From Alphaproteobacteria bacterium (GTDB taxonomy: Bacteria; Pseudomonadota; Alphaproteobacteria; JAAXGF01), in contig CAUVXB020000001.1 in NCBI GenBank assembly GCA_963555825.3, positions 96,001-160,000 of the forward strand: a DNA stretch of 64,000 nt, read 5' to 3'. The notes below the pieces were generated by a model that worked only from the letters and a program-made list of their open reading frames with translations, ran no database searches and was not told where the DNA came from. Position numbers and translations under genes: made by a program. This document shows positions 29,343-41,044 of the stretch, in pieces; position 1 is the stretch's first letter; each line of letters opens with the position of its first letter.

Positions 29343-30635
29343 ATGAGCGTGCCGTTGCGCGTTGGCGTCGCCGGCCTTGGCACGGTGGGCGTGGGCACAC
29401 TCGAACTGCTCGCCGAGAACGCCGATCTCATCGCCGAGTGCTGCGGTCGCCGCATCGAGGTGACGGCGGTCTCGTCGCGCGAGCGAGACCGTGAGCGCGG
29501 CGTTGACATCGGCGATATGACTTGGCACGACGACGCGGTGGCGCTGGCCGGCGACCCCGACGTCGACGCCGTCGTCGAGTTGATCGGCGGATCCGACGGC
29601 GTTGCGCTCGATCTCAGCCGCGCGGCATTGGCCGGCGGCAAATCGCTGGTTACCGCCAACAAGGCGATGGTTGCGCACCACGGCGCCGAACTCGCCGTCG
29701 CCGCCGAGGCGGCCGGCGCCGCGCTTGGCTACGAAGCCGCCGTCGCCGGCGGCATTCCGATCATCAAGGCGCTGCGCGAGGGTCTCGCCGCCAATCGCGT
29801 TCGGCGCGTCTTCGGCATTCTCAACGGCACCTGCAACTATATTCTGAGCGCCATGCGGGACGGCGGCCGCGACTTCGCCGAGGTGCTCGCCGAGGCCCAG
29901 GAACTGGGCTTCGCCGAGGCCGACCCGAGCTTCGACATCGATGGCGTCGACACCGCGCATAAGCTGGCCATCCTGGCGAGCGTCGCGTTCGGCTGCCCGG
30001 TCAACTTCGACGCCATTCATATCGAGGGTATCCGCCATGTCACGGCGCTCGATATCGATTACGCCGCGGAGCTGGGATTCGACATCAAGCTGCTCGGCGT
30101 CGCCGCGCTGACCGAGCGCGGCCTCGAGCAGCGCGTTCATCCCTGCATGGTAGCGAAGGACTCGCCGATCGCCCATGTCGACGGCTCGTTCAATGCCATC
30201 GACGTCGATGTCGACTTTGCCGACCGGACCATGTTCGTCGGACGCGGCGCGGGTGCTGGCCCGACGGCATCGGCGGTGGTCGCCGATCTCATCGATATCG
30301 CGCGCGGCCAACGCCTGCCGGTGTTCGGCAAGCCCGCCGAAGCGCTCCAACCGATCGCGGCCGCGGCGATGGAGAACCACAAGGGCGCGTACTACATCCG
30401 CCTGATGGTGATCGACCGTCCCGGCGTCATGGCCGACGTCACCGCCGCGTTGCGCGACGAGCAGGTGTCGGTCGAGGCGTTGCTGCAGCGCGGCCGCAAC
30501 CCGGGCGACGTCGTGCCCGTGGTGCTGACCACGCACGAGACCGAGGAGGCGGCGATGCGGCGCACTCTGGCGCGCATTGCCGAGCTCGACGCCGTACAAG
30601 AGGCGCCACGCATGATTAGAATAGAACGACTGTAG
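29343..30635 (+). CDS. hom: Homoserine dehydrogenase
   Basis: GLGTVG, VTANKA, EAAVAGGIP, GILNGTCNYIL, GAGAGPTASAV; C-terminal ACT domain. Confidence 0.97.
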   Translation: MSVPLRVGVAGLGTVGVGTLELLAENADLIAECCGRRIEVTAVSSRERDRERGVDIGDMTWHDDAVALAGDPDVDAVVELIGGSDGVALDLSRAALAGGKSLVTANKAMVAHHGAELAVAAEAAGAALGYEAAVAGGIPIIKALREGLAANRVRRVFGILNGTCNYILSAMRDGGRDFAEVLAEAQELGFAEADPSFDIDGVDTAHKLAILASVAFGCPVNFDAIHIEGIRHVTALDIDYAAELGFDIKLLGVAALTERGLEQRVHPCMVAKDSPIAHVDGSFNAIDVDVDFADRTMFVGRGAGAGPTASAVVADLIDIARGQRLPVFGKPAEALQPIAAAAMENHKGAYYIRLMVIDRPGVMADVTAALRDEQVSVEALLQRGRNPGDVVPVVLTTHETEEAAMRRTLARIAELDAVQEAPRMIRIERL

Positions 30636-30652
30636 GCAAGGGGAGGACGAAC

Positions 30653-31642
30653 ATGGCCGAGGCGCGCAGTCTTGACCGCAATCTGGCGCTCGAAGCGGTG
30701 CGCGTGTCCGAGGCGGCGGCAATCGCCTGCTGGGACTGGATGGGCCGCGGCGATGAACACGCCGCCGACCAGGCGGCGGTCGACGCCATGCGCACTGCGC
30801 TCAACGGCCTCGACATCGAGGGCACCGTGGTAATCGGCGAGGGCGAACGCGACGAAGCGCCGATGCTCTTCATCGGCGAGAAGGTCGGCACCGGGCGCGG
30901 ACCCAAGGTCGACATCGCGCTCGATCCGCTCGAGGGCACGACGATATGCGCGACCGGCGGCAGTAACGCGCTCGCCGTGCTGGCGATGGCCGAGGACGGT
31001 GGCTTCCTGCACGCGCCCGACGTCTATATGGACAAAATCGCGGTCGGCGGCGGCCTGCCCGACGGCGTCGTCGACCTGGACGAAACACCCGGCGCCAACC
31101 TCGCCAATCTGGCGTGCGCCAAGGGCTGCGACGTCTCGGATCTGGTCGTCATGATCCTCAACCGGCCGCGTCATGCCGAGCTGATTGCCAAGTCGCGCGA
31201 GGCCGGCGCGCGCATCCGTCTGATCCAGGACGGCGATGTCGCCGGCGTCATCGCGACGACGCGGCCCGAAACCGGTATCGATATGTACGCCGGCATCGGC
31301 GGCGCGCCCGAAGGCGTGCTGGCGGCTGCCGCGCTGCAATGCGTCGGCGGCCAGATGATGGGCCGGCTGGTGTTCAACATGGACGAGCAGCGTGAGCGCG
31401 CGCGCCAGATGAGCGACGCCGACATCGACCGTAAACTCTTGCTCGACGACTTGGCGCACGGCGACATCATGTTCGCGGCGACCGGGGTTACCGGGGGCTG
31501 GATGCTTGACGGCGTCCAACATCTGCCCGGGGCGGTAACCACCCAGTCGATGGTCATGCGCTCGAAGACCGGGACGATCCGGGTGATCGAGGCAACGCAC
31601 AACCTGCGTCGCAAATCGATCCCCGAGAACGCCAGCGGCTAG
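30653..31642 (+). CDS. glpX: Class II fructose-1,6-bisphosphatase
   Basis: VIGEGERDEAPML, DPLEGT, APDVYM, DGDV, FAATGVT. Confidence 0.97.
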   Translation: MAEARSLDRNLALEAVRVSEAAAIACWDWMGRGDEHAADQAAVDAMRTALNGLDIEGTVVIGEGERDEAPMLFIGEKVGTGRGPKVDIALDPLEGTTICATGGSNALAVLAMAEDGGFLHAPDVYMDKIAVGGGLPDGVVDLDETPGANLANLACAKGCDVSDLVVMILNRPRHAELIAKSREAGARIRLIQDGDVAGVIATTRPETGIDMYAGIGGAPEGVLAAAALQCVGGQMMGRLVFNMDEQRERARQMSDADIDRKLLLDDLAHGDIMFAATGVTGGWMLDGVQHLPGAVTTQSMVMRSKTGTIRVIEATHNLRRKSIPENASG

Positions 31643-31655
31643 ACCGGACCGGCGA

Positions 31656-33422
31656 ATGGACGCCGTCCTCGGTGTCGAGCGCTCGGCCACCGGGCGACGG
31701 TGGCGTCCCCGGCTCGCCGACGCGCGGGCCGCATTGGCGCTCGCCCAGCGGCTCGACCTGCCCGAAATCGTCGGCCGCGTGCTCGCCGCGCGCGGCGTCG
31801 ACGCCGACGGCGCCGAGGCCTTCCTCAACCCCAGCCTGAGGGCGCTGCTGCCCGACCCGTCGCGGCTCGCCGACATGGACGTCGCCGTCGCGCGTCTCAA
31901 GCGTGCGGTCGAGGGCGGCGAGACGATCGCCGTGTTCGGTGACTACGACGTCGACGGTGCCACCGCGGCGGCGCTGCTGAAGCGCTATTTGACGGCGGTC
32001 GGCGCGGCGGCGCGGATCTACGTGCCCGACCGACTGAGCGAGGGCTACGGGCCGAATGCGCCGGCGCTCAAGCGCCTCATGGACGAAGGCGCGGCGGTCG
32101 TCGTCACCGTCGACTGCGGCATCTCGGCCCACGCGCCGCTCGCCGAGGCCGCCGAGGCCGGACTCGACGTCATCGTCGTCGATCATCACGTCGCGACCCC
32201 CGAGCTGCCGGCGGCCGTGGCGGTGGTCGACCCCAACCGGCTCGACGATACTTCGGGCTGCGGCCAGCTCGCCGCGGTCGGCGTCGCCTTCCTGGTCGCC
32301 GTCGGCCTCAACCGGGCGCTGCGTTCCGCGGGTTGGTTCGCAGAGCGACCCGAGCCGGACCTGCGCCAGTGGCTCGACCTGGTGGCGCTCGGCACGGTCT
32401 GCGACATGGTGCCGCTGACCGGCGTCAATCGGGCGTTGGTGACGCGCGGCCTCGAGGTGATGGCGCGGCGGAGCAACCTTGGCCTCGCGACGCTCGCCGA
32501 CGTCGCCGGCGTGAACGAGACGCCGGGCGCCTATCACGCGGGGTTCATCCTCGGGCCGCGTATCAACGCTGGCGGCCGCGTCGGCAAGTCCGACCTCGGC
32601 GCGCGACTCTTGACCACCGAGGACGCCGATGTGGCGATCGAGCTGGCGCACCGGCTCGAGGCGCTCAACGCCGAGCGGCGCGCTATCGAGGCCGGTGTCG
32701 AGGCCGCCGCGCTCGGCCAGATCGAGGACGCCGGCGGCGCGCCGACGCCGATCGCCTTCGTGGTCGGCGCGGGCTGGCACCCGGGCGTCGTCGGCATCGT
32801 CGCGAGCCGCATCGTCAATCGCTACCACTGTCCGGCCTTCGTCATCTCGGTCGCCGACGGCATCGGCAAGGGCTCGGCGCGCTCGATCCCCGGCGTCGAC
32901 CTGGGCGCCGCGGTGATCGCCGCCAACCAGGCCGGCCTGCTGGTCAACGGCGGCGGCCATCCGGCGGCCGCCGGCCTGACCGTCGAGGCCGGGCGAATCG
33001 ACGAACTGCGCGATTTCCTCATCGAGCGCTTGGCGGCGCAGATTGCGGCGCAGGATACCGGGCCCAGCCTCGGCCTCGACGGCGCCATCGTGGCCGGTGC
33101 CGCGACCACCGAGCTGGTCGACGTGCTGCAGCGCATCGGCCCGTTCGGCATCGGCAATGCCGAGCCGCGTTTCGCCGTCGCCAACGGCCGCGTCGTCCAC
33201 GCCGCCGTCGTCGGCGAACGTCACGTGCGCTGCACTCTGGCCGACGAGAGCGGCGCGCGGCTTGGCGGCATCGCGTTTCGCAGCGTCGACACGCCGGTCG
33301 GTGCGGCGCTGCTGAGCGCGGCGGGCGCGCCGCTTCACGTCGCCGGTCACCTGCGCGCCGACAACTGGCGCGGCCGCGAGCGCGTCCAACTCATCATCGA
33401 GGATGTCGCCAAGGCCGTGTGA
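31656..33422 (+). CDS. recJ: ssDNA exonuclease RecJ
   Basis: GDYDVDG, TVDCG, DHH, GPRINAGGR, GSARS, GGGH. Confidence 0.97.
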   Translation: MDAVLGVERSATGRRWRPRLADARAALALAQRLDLPEIVGRVLAARGVDADGAEAFLNPSLRALLPDPSRLADMDVAVARLKRAVEGGETIAVFGDYDVDGATAAALLKRYLTAVGAAARIYVPDRLSEGYGPNAPALKRLMDEGAAVVVTVDCGISAHAPLAEAAEAGLDVIVVDHHVATPELPAAVAVVDPNRLDDTSGCGQLAAVGVAFLVAVGLNRALRSAGWFAERPEPDLRQWLDLVALGTVCDMVPLTGVNRALVTRGLEVMARRSNLGLATLADVAGVNETPGAYHAGFILGPRINAGGRVGKSDLGARLLTTEDADVAIELAHRLEALNAERRAIEAGVEAAALGQIEDAGGAPTPIAFVVGAGWHPGVVGIVASRIVNRYHCPAFVISVADGIGKGSARSIPGVDLGAAVIAANQAGLLVNGGGHPAAAGLTVEAGRIDELRDFLIERLAAQIAAQDTGPSLGLDGAIVAGAATTELVDVLQRIGPFGIGNAEPRFAVANGRVVHAAVVGERHVRCTLADESGARLGGIAFRSVDTPVGAALLSAAGAPLHVAGHLRADNWRGRERVQLIIEDVAKAV

Positions 33423-33479
33423 CGGCCCCGGAAGCACTTGATTTCTGCGTTTAGTCATTTTAAGTCTCACGCGGTCTTT

Positions 33480-33601
33480 GCGTCATCCGAACGAATCGTC
33501 TCGTTCGGATGACGCCAGCCCGCGACCGCGGGCCGCCGCTTATGCGGCGAGAGCCTGCGTGGCGATTGAACGCAGTTCGCCTTTACGACGTAAAGGTGAA
33601 C
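33480..33601 (+). repeat. Four-hairpin intergenic repeat, family A, copy 3 (just upstream of tRNA-Glu)
   Basis: GCGTCATCCGAACGA/TCGTTCGGATGACGC and GTTCGCCTTTACG/CGTAAAGGTGAAC stems plus the shared core. Confidence 0.85.
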
Positions 33602-33616
33602 GGGAGGTGGTCTATC

Positions 33617-33692
33617 GTCCCCTTCGTCTAGAGGTTTAGGACACCACTCTTTCAAGGTGGAGACACGGGTTCGATTCCCGTAGGGGATACCA
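33617..33692 (+). tRNA. tRNA-Glu(TTC)
   Basis: Cloverleaf GTCCCCT...AGGGGAT-A-CCA; anticodon loop CTTTCAA; GGTTCGATT T-arm. Confidence 0.97.
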
Positions 33693-33793
33693 CCCACAAT
33701 GGTTGTGGTTTAATTCACTTAAGTTCTTGATTGTCAATCGGTTACGATCCGAAAATCCTTCCCACAGAGTTGGCCGCAACGTTGGAACGGACC

Positions 33794-33893
33794 ATGACCA
33801 AGAAGACTCCCAATCTTCGCCGCCGAGGCGGGCGCTTTTACTATCGACAGCGGGTCCCAACGGACCTTCGAGGTCGTTTCGTCGCGTCGGAAG
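33794..33893 (+). pseudogene. Truncated integrase N-terminus (DUF6538-like)
   Basis: MTKKTPNLRRRGGRFYYRQRVPTDLR cut by the IS3 left end, ~100 bp from the tRNA 3' end. Confidence 0.7.
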
Positions 33894-35230
33894 TGAGCTG
33901 GTCCCAGAAATTCGGACAGGGAGCTAAGGTGTATTCCACCGGCTAATGGAGGAATACGGGATGACGGCACGACGACGGTTTACGGCGGAGTTCAAGGCCC
34001 GGGTGGCGCTGGAAGCGCTGCGGGGCGACAAGACGATCCAGGAGCTCGCGGCCAAGCACAAGGTGCATCCGAACCAGGTAAGCACATGGAAGCGCCAGGC
34101 GGTGGACGGTCTTGGCGAGGTATTCTCGAACGGTGTGGACCGCGTCCGTCGGGATCATGAATCAGAGATCCACGGCCTCCATGCCAAGATCGGCGAGCTG
34201 ACGGTGGAACGGGATTTTTTGGCCGGCGGGCTCAAGCGATGAGCCGGGGGGAGCGCAAGGCGATGATCGGGCGCGACGCTGCCGACCTGAGCTTGGGCCG
34301 TCAATGCCGCCTGCTTTCGATCAGCCGGTCCGCGTTCTATTACGCGCCGAAGGGCGAGAGCCCGGAGAACCTGGCCCTGATGCGCCGCATCGACGGGTTG
34401 TTCATGAAGCATCCGTTTTACGGCAGCCGTCAGATGGTCCGCCAGTTGCGGCGCGAGGGGATCGCGGTAGGCCGTCATCGGGTGCGGCGCTTGATGCGGC
34501 TGATGGGCCTCGAGGCGATCTATCAGGCGCCGAGAACCAGCACGCCGCACCCGGCGCACCGAGTGTATCCCTATCTGCTCAAGGGGATGGTGATCGAGCG
34601 GCCCAATCGGGTCTGGTGCGCCGACATCACCTACATCCCCGTCCAGCACGGCTTCCTGTACCTGGTCGCGATCATGGACTGGGCGACCCGCCACGTTCTG
34701 TCCTGGCGGTTGTCGAACACCATGGACGCCTCCTTCTGCATCGAGGCGTTGAACGACGCGCTGGCCAGATACGCCACGCCGGAGATCTTCAACACCGACC
34801 AGAGCAGCCAGTTCACCAGTCTCGACTTCACCGGCGCGCTCAAGGACGCGGGCGTTACAATCTCAATGGACGGTCGGGGCCGCTGCATGGACAACATCTT
34901 CATCGAGCGCCTCTGGCGGTCGCTCAAGTACGAGGCGGTCTACCTGCACGAACTGACGGACGGCTTCAAGGCCGAACGGGTCATCGGCGAGTGGATCAGC
35001 TTCTACAATACAGAGCGGCCCCATTCGTCCCTCGACGGTCAAACGCCGGCGGAAGCCTACGGCGCCGGGCAGCCTGTGGATATGATGGATAAGCCTGACG
35101 GCTTACCCACATCCCCACAGGCTCAACAGCAACAACAGGATGTGATAAACAGGATTTTGGCAGCATGATCAGACAGCGGAATACACCTTAACTGCGCTGC
35201 CAACCTGTCCAACAATGTGGGACCACCTCA
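33894..35230 (+). mobile_element. IS3-family element (orfA 33961-34242, orfB 34239-35168)
   Basis: 26-bp imperfect TIRs TGAGCTGGTCCC.../...GGGACCACCTCA; WCADITY and DNIFIERLWRSLKYE; no flanking duplication. Confidence 0.95.
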
Positions 35231-35258
35231 GTAACCGGGTTCACGAGGCCCAGACAAC

Positions 35259-36678
35259 TGTATCGCACCCGGTTCCTTGGACACAAGTTTGTCTCATGCG
35301 GCGGGCCTGAGTGACATCGCGGTGTGCCACGCCTGACGAGCTTGAGCGGGGCTCAGGTAGCCGTTCTTCTCCACGATCCACTGGGCATTGTACTGTTCGA
35401 CGAACCCGCGGACGGCGTTCCGCAGCTCCGCGATGTTGCGGTAGATGCGGCCATGGATGATCTGTTCCTTGAGCGTGCGATTGAACCTCTCGGCGACGCC
35501 GTTGGTCTGGGGCTGTTCGACGAAGGCGTAGGACGGCTGGATGCCCCAGAACTTGATCTGGTTGGTGAAGTGGTCCGACAGATACTGGGAGCCGTGATCC
35601 ATCCGCAAGGCCAGCCCCCGCGCCGCACCGGCGGAGGTCGAGGCATACAGCCTCGCAAGCCCCATGGAGATCGGCTGAAGGGCGGCGAAGCGGTCGCCTC
35701 GCTTGCACACATGCCAGCCGACGCACTCGGCGTTCCAATGCTCGATGGCGGTGAATATCCAGCCCCAGCCGTCGTCCACCGTGAACACCCGAACGCCGTC
35801 CGTGCCCCACATGAGGTTGGGGGCATGGGTGATGATCTCACCGACATGGGGATTTCCGCCACGGCGGCGGCAGCGATGGGGCGAGAGCAGGTTGTTCTCG
35901 CGCATCACCCGGAGCCCCCGCTTGCGGGAAACACGGATGCCACGACAGACCCGAAGCCGAGCCCAGACCTTGCGGTGTCCCTCGCCCTCCCAGGGGGATG
36001 CCTCCAGGTCGGCCTCGATGGCCACCAGCAGAGCCTCGTCCGAGATCGAGGGCTTCGGTCCCCGGCGCTTTGCTGGTGGGCGCTCAGCGGTGGCCTGCTG
36101 CCGGGATTTCATGGCGTAGAACGAGGAACGGGCAAAACCCCAGGCCGCACAGACCCGCTGGAGGCCGTAGGCCAAACCCGTGCCGGGAGAGGTGGCGGCA
36201 CTCATCGCCGCGACCTCCGCCGCCCCAAAGGGCCGGACGTCTCCGTCTTGGCCTCCAGCAGTTCCACCTGCATGATCAACTCCCCGATCCGCTTCATGGC
36301 GATGTCCAGTTCCGCCTTCACCGGATCGCCCTTGCGTTCCTTGAGCGAGGCATCGATCCCGGCGATCGCCTTCTCACGCCACTGCTCGAGCCGGAAAATC
36401 TCCACGCCCAACTGCCGCGACAAAAGTTCCACCGGCTCGCCACGCAAAAGCCGCAGGGCAACCTCACGCTTGCGCGTCACCGTCCACCGCTGGCCAAGTC
36501 CCAGCGGGCCTGCCGGCGAAACCTGGCCCGGGGAAAACGTGGACGAGCCAAGCTCGCCCTCGTTTACCACAGGCCCATCAACAGCAACTTTGTTCTCAAA
36601 ATTGTCGGTCATGTTCCGGTCCTCCTTGGACACTTCGATTAAGCCAATTCTGTGTCCAAGGAAATCGGGTCCGACTCA
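35259..36678 (-). mobile_element. IS3/IS481-like two-ORF element, copy 1 (1420 bp), 15-bp target duplication
   Basis: orfA 36202-36633, orfB 35294-36205 with rve DDE; flanked by CGAGGCCCAGACAAC at 35244-35258 and 36679-36693. Confidence 0.93.
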
Positions 36679-36885
36679 CGAGGCCCAGACAACGAACAAT
36701 TTGGGGGTAAATTTTCATGTGTGTAAACCTTCGTCTTATCTATTTTGGGTTGCTGACTTTCACGATGGTGATTCCGTCCGGATGGGGTTGGGCACAGGAA
36801 CAATCCGCAGAAACCAGTGAACCGCCTAAGCCGCCCCCAGATGAATTCGTTTGGGAGTCTGAGGATCTTACTCGAGCTGATGTAA

Positions 36886-37816
36886 GAGCCCGGCCGGGAA
36901 TGAATTGTTTGATTTCAAAGCCTTGCGATCCTTCGTGTGAGGAGTTGGATGCTTGCGATCATGAGCCAGGCCTCGGCGCTGGCGATGGTGGCCTCGAAGT
37001 CTTTGGCGAGACGGCGGTTGCGACCGAGCCAGGCAAAGGTGCGCTCCACCACCCAACGCCGGGGCAGGACCTTGAAGCCCGTCACGTCGTCGCTTCGCTT
37101 GACGATCTCCAGCGTCCACTGGCCGATCTTTTCCAGCGCCTTGCCGAGTTTCGGTCCGGCGTAGGCGCCATCGGCGAAGACGTGGCGCAGCCAGGGGAAG
37201 GCCCATCGGATCGAGGCGAGCAGCGGCGGCGCGCCGTCGCGGTCCTGGATATGGGCGGCGTGAACCATGCCGGCGACGAGCCGCCCGCCGGTGTCGGTGA
37301 GGATATGGCGCTTGCGCCCCTTAACCAACTTGCCGGCGTCGAACCCGCGCGGGCCGCCGCTTTCCGTGGTTTTCACCGACTGGCTGTCGATCACACCGGC
37401 GGACGGGCTGGCCTCTCGGCCCTCGGCCTCGCGCGCGCGCATGAGCAGCTCGTGGTTGATCCCGTTCAGCGTCGCCTCGGTGCGCCAAGCGTAGAAGTAC
37501 TCCTGGACCGTGCTCTTCGGCGGAAAGTCCTTCGGCAACATCCGCCACTGGCAACCCGTGCGCGCCATGTACAGGATCGCGTTCACCACCTCGCGCAGGT
37601 CCGTCGTTCGCGGGCGTCCCAGCCGTTTGCATGGCGGCAGCAGCGGGCCGAGCACGCCCCACTCCGCCTCGGTAAGATCGCTTGCATAGCGCAGCCCCTT
37701 GCGCTCATATTTGGGTCGAGTGGTCTCGGTCCACATCTTGTGCCTCCATCGCTGTTCAACCACAACGAAGGAAACACAAGTGACTGATTCCACTCAACTC
37801 TTATTCGGCCGGACTC
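36886..37816 (-). mobile_element. IS5-family (IS1031-like) element; transposase 36915-37736
   Basis: YASDLTEAEW, RTGCQWRMLP, IDSQSVK, KGRKRH, RWVVERTFAW; GAGCCCGGCCG/CGGCCGGACTC ends; TAA duplication. Confidence 0.95.
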
Positions 37817-38235
37817 TAAGAGTCTTAGAATTCGATTCTCTCGGCGACGATGCCTCTCTGTTCAGCATATCAAAACACAAACAAATTTTCAAAGAGATGG
37901 TATTTGCAACTGCAGACAATGAAGATTCCAATTGTTCGAGGCAACTAGTCCAGGCAATTTACCTCCAGGACATCGGGCATTTCTTTGACGCCAACGCCCA
38001 TTTCGACAATTGCACCTTCGATGGAAGCATCGACTACATCGAGAGTTTACTGGGTGAAGCGGACGACTTGGTTAAGAGTGCTCATACGCACCGCGATGGA
38101 GGCCAGTACAGGAGAGGCGGGACAGCCGTGGCAGAGGCGATGACAAGGCTTGGTCAGGTGTTGCACGCAGTTCAGGATTTCTACGCCCACAGCAATTATG
38201 TCGATCTCATGGACGAGTGGGAGACAGCCTATGAC

Positions 38236-41044
38236 GAGCTATAACCGAATCTTGTGTACGGCGTTGAAATGAAGGCGGCGTATCCTGGTGATTGTTGATG
38301 TCACCACTTGAGCTAAGCCAAGGAAGGATACGCCATGAAAGAGAATACCGTTGTTGCTTTTCAAAACCCATCTGATTTTCAGAAAGATCCGTTGACGGAA
38401 GTCCTACAAGCTGGAGCTCGCGATGAGTCGGACCCGATTTCCTTGGACACAGAATTGGCTTAATCGAAGTGTCCAAGGAGGACCGGAACATGACCGACAA
38501 TTTTGAGAACAAAGTTGCTGTTGATGGGCCTGTGGTAAACGAGGGCGAGCTTGGCTCGTCCACGTTTTCCCCGGGCCAGGTTTCGCCGGCAGGCCCGCTG
38601 GGACTTGGCCAGCGGTGGACGGTGACGCGCAAGCGTGAGGTTGCCCTGCGGCTTTTGCGTGGCGAGCCGGTGGAACTTTTGTCGCGGCAGTTGGGCGTGG
38701 AGATTTTCCGGCTCGAGCAGTGGCGTGAGAAGGCGATCGCCGGGATCGATGCCTCGCTCAAGGAACGCAAGGGCGATCCGGTGAAGGCGGAACTGGACAT
38801 CGCCATGAAGCGGATCGGGGAGTTGATCATGCAGGTGGAACTGCTGGAGGCCAAGACGGAGACGTCCGGCCCTTTGGGGCGGCGGAGGTCGCGGCGATGA
38901 GTGCCGCCACCTCTCCCGGCACGGGTTTGGCCTACGGCCTCCAGCGGGTCTGTGCGGCCTGGGGTTTTGCCCGTTCCTCGTTCTACGCCATGAAATCCCG
39001 GCAGCAGGCCACCGCTGAGCGCCCACCAGCAAAGCGCCGGGGACCGAAGCCCTCGATCTCGGACGAGGCTCTGCTGGTGGCCATCGAGGCCGACCTGGAG
39101 GCATCCCCCTGGGAGGGCGAGGGACACCGCAAGGTCTGGGCTCGGCTTCGGGTCTGTCGTGGCATCCGTGTTTCCCGCAAGCGGGGGCTCCGGGTGATGC
39201 GCGAGAACAACCTGCTCTCGCCCCATCGCTGCCGCCGCCGTGGCGGAAATCCCCATGTCGGTGAGATCATCACCCATGCCCCCAACCTCATGTGGGGCAC
39301 GGACGGCGTTCGGGTGTTCACGGTGGACGACGGCTGGGGCTGGATATTCACCGCCATCGAGCATTGGAACGCCGAGTGCGTCGGCTGGCATGTGTGCAAG
39401 CGAGGCGACCGCTTCGCCGCCCTTCAGCCGATCTCCATGGGGCTTGCGAGGCTGTATGCCTCGACCTCCGCCGGTGCGGCGCGGGGGCTGGCCTTGCGGA
39501 TGGATCACGGCTCCCAGTATCTGTCGGACCACTTCACCAACCAGATCAAGTTCTGGGGCATCCAGCCGTCCTACGCCTTCGTCGAACAGCCCCAGACCAA
39601 CGGCGTCGCCGAGAGGTTCAATCGCACGCTCAAGGAACAGATCATCCATGGCCGCATCTACCGCAACATCGCGGAGCTGCGGAACGCCGTCCGCGGGTTC
39701 GTCGAACAGTACAATGCCCAGTGGATCGTGGAGAAGAACGGCTACCTGAGCCCCGCTCAAGCTCGTCAGGCGTGGCACACCGCGATGTCACTCAGGCCCG
39801 CCGCATGAGACAAACTTGTGTCCAAGGAACCGGGTGCGATACAGCTGGAGCTCGCGAGTTGTTGGCCCAAGCCGTTGAGGCCGAGGTCTCCGTGTTTTTG
39901 GGTAGCCATGCGGCGCTTGTTGACGCCGCCGGCCGCCGCCGGGTTGTCCGCAATGGATATCTGCCGGAACGCTTCATCCAGACCGGGATCGGCCCGGTGA
40001 GCGTGCGCCAACCCCGTGTGCGGGACCGGGGGGACGGCGCCATCCGCTTCACGTCGGCGATCCTGCCGCGCTATCTGCGCCGCGCCAAGAGCCTGGAAGA
40101 CCTTTTGCCATGGCTGTATCTGAAGGGCATTTCCACCGGCGACTTCGGGGAAGCCTTGGCGGCGCTCCTGGGGAGCTCCGCGCCGGGGCTTTCGGCCTCC
40201 ACGATCACCCGGCTGAAAGAGGTCTGGGGGGTTGAGGCGGAGCGCTGGCAACGGCGCGACCTCACGGCCAAGCGCTACGTCTATTTCTGGGTGGACGGCA
40301 TCTATTTCAGCGCCCGCATGGAGGAAGAGAAGCAGTGCATCCTGGTGATCGTCGGGGCCACGGACAAGGGACAGAAGGAACTGATCGCCATCGCCGACGG
40401 CTATCGCGAAAGTGAGCAGTCCTGGCTCGAAGTTCTGCTCGATCTCAAGCGGCGCGGCCTTGAAATGGGTCCGCAACTGGCGCTCGGCGACGGCGCGCTC
40501 GGCTTCTGGAAGGCGCTCCGCCAAGTCTACCCAGGCGCCCGCGAGCAACGCTGCTGGGTTCACAAGACGGGCAACGTCTTGAACAAGCTGCCCAAGGGTC
40601 TGCAAAAGAAAGCCAAGGGGCGCCTGCAAGACATCTGGATGGCCGAAACCAGGAAGGATGCCGAGAGCGCCTTCGACTTCTTCCTGGAAGCCTACGGGCC
40701 GAAGTACGACAAGGCCGCGGCCTGCCTGGCCAAGGACCGCGACGTCCTGCTGACGTTCTACGACTTCCCCGCCGAGCACTGGAAGCATGTACGCACGACC
40801 AACCCCATCGAGAGCACGTTCGCCACGGTTCGTCTGCGCACCTACCGGACCAAGGGCTGCCTGTCGCGCAAGACGGCGATGGCCATGGTCTTCAAACTAT
40901 GCCAGTGCGCTCAGAGAAAATGGAGAAAACTCGATGGATCGAACCATCTCGCCGAGATCATTCGCGGCGTCAAATTCGTAGATGGAGAACGCCAGGATCG
41001 CGCCGCCGCATGATCAGCCCATACACAACTTTTGACAATAGCTC
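38236..41044 (+). mobile_element. IS256-family element (1375 bp native), transposase 38335-41013 interrupted by a nested IS
   Basis: GAGCTAT.../...ATAGCTC ends; 9-bp duplication GCCTATGAC; RNGY, WVDGIY, GDGALGFW, QRCWVHK, TTNPIES. Confidence 0.95.
38424..39843 (+). mobile_element. IS3/IS481-like two-ORF element, copy 2 (1420 bp), 14-bp target duplication, nested in IS256
   Basis: Translations identical to copy 1; GCTGGAGCTCGCGA at 38410-38423 and 39844-39857. Confidence 0.93.

Noticed and set aside
25860-33470. Long antisense or overlapping ORFs (713, 464, 502 and 638 aa)
   Set aside because: Shadow frames of phaC, hom, glpX and recJ, expected in high-GC DNA
35259-39843. Composite transposon formed by the two inverted IS copies
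   Set aside because: Each copy has its own distinct target duplication, so they inserted independently
39292-41013. 573-aa ORF as a novel fusion transposase
   Set aside because: Artefact of an alternate frame of the nested IS reading into the IS256 remainder
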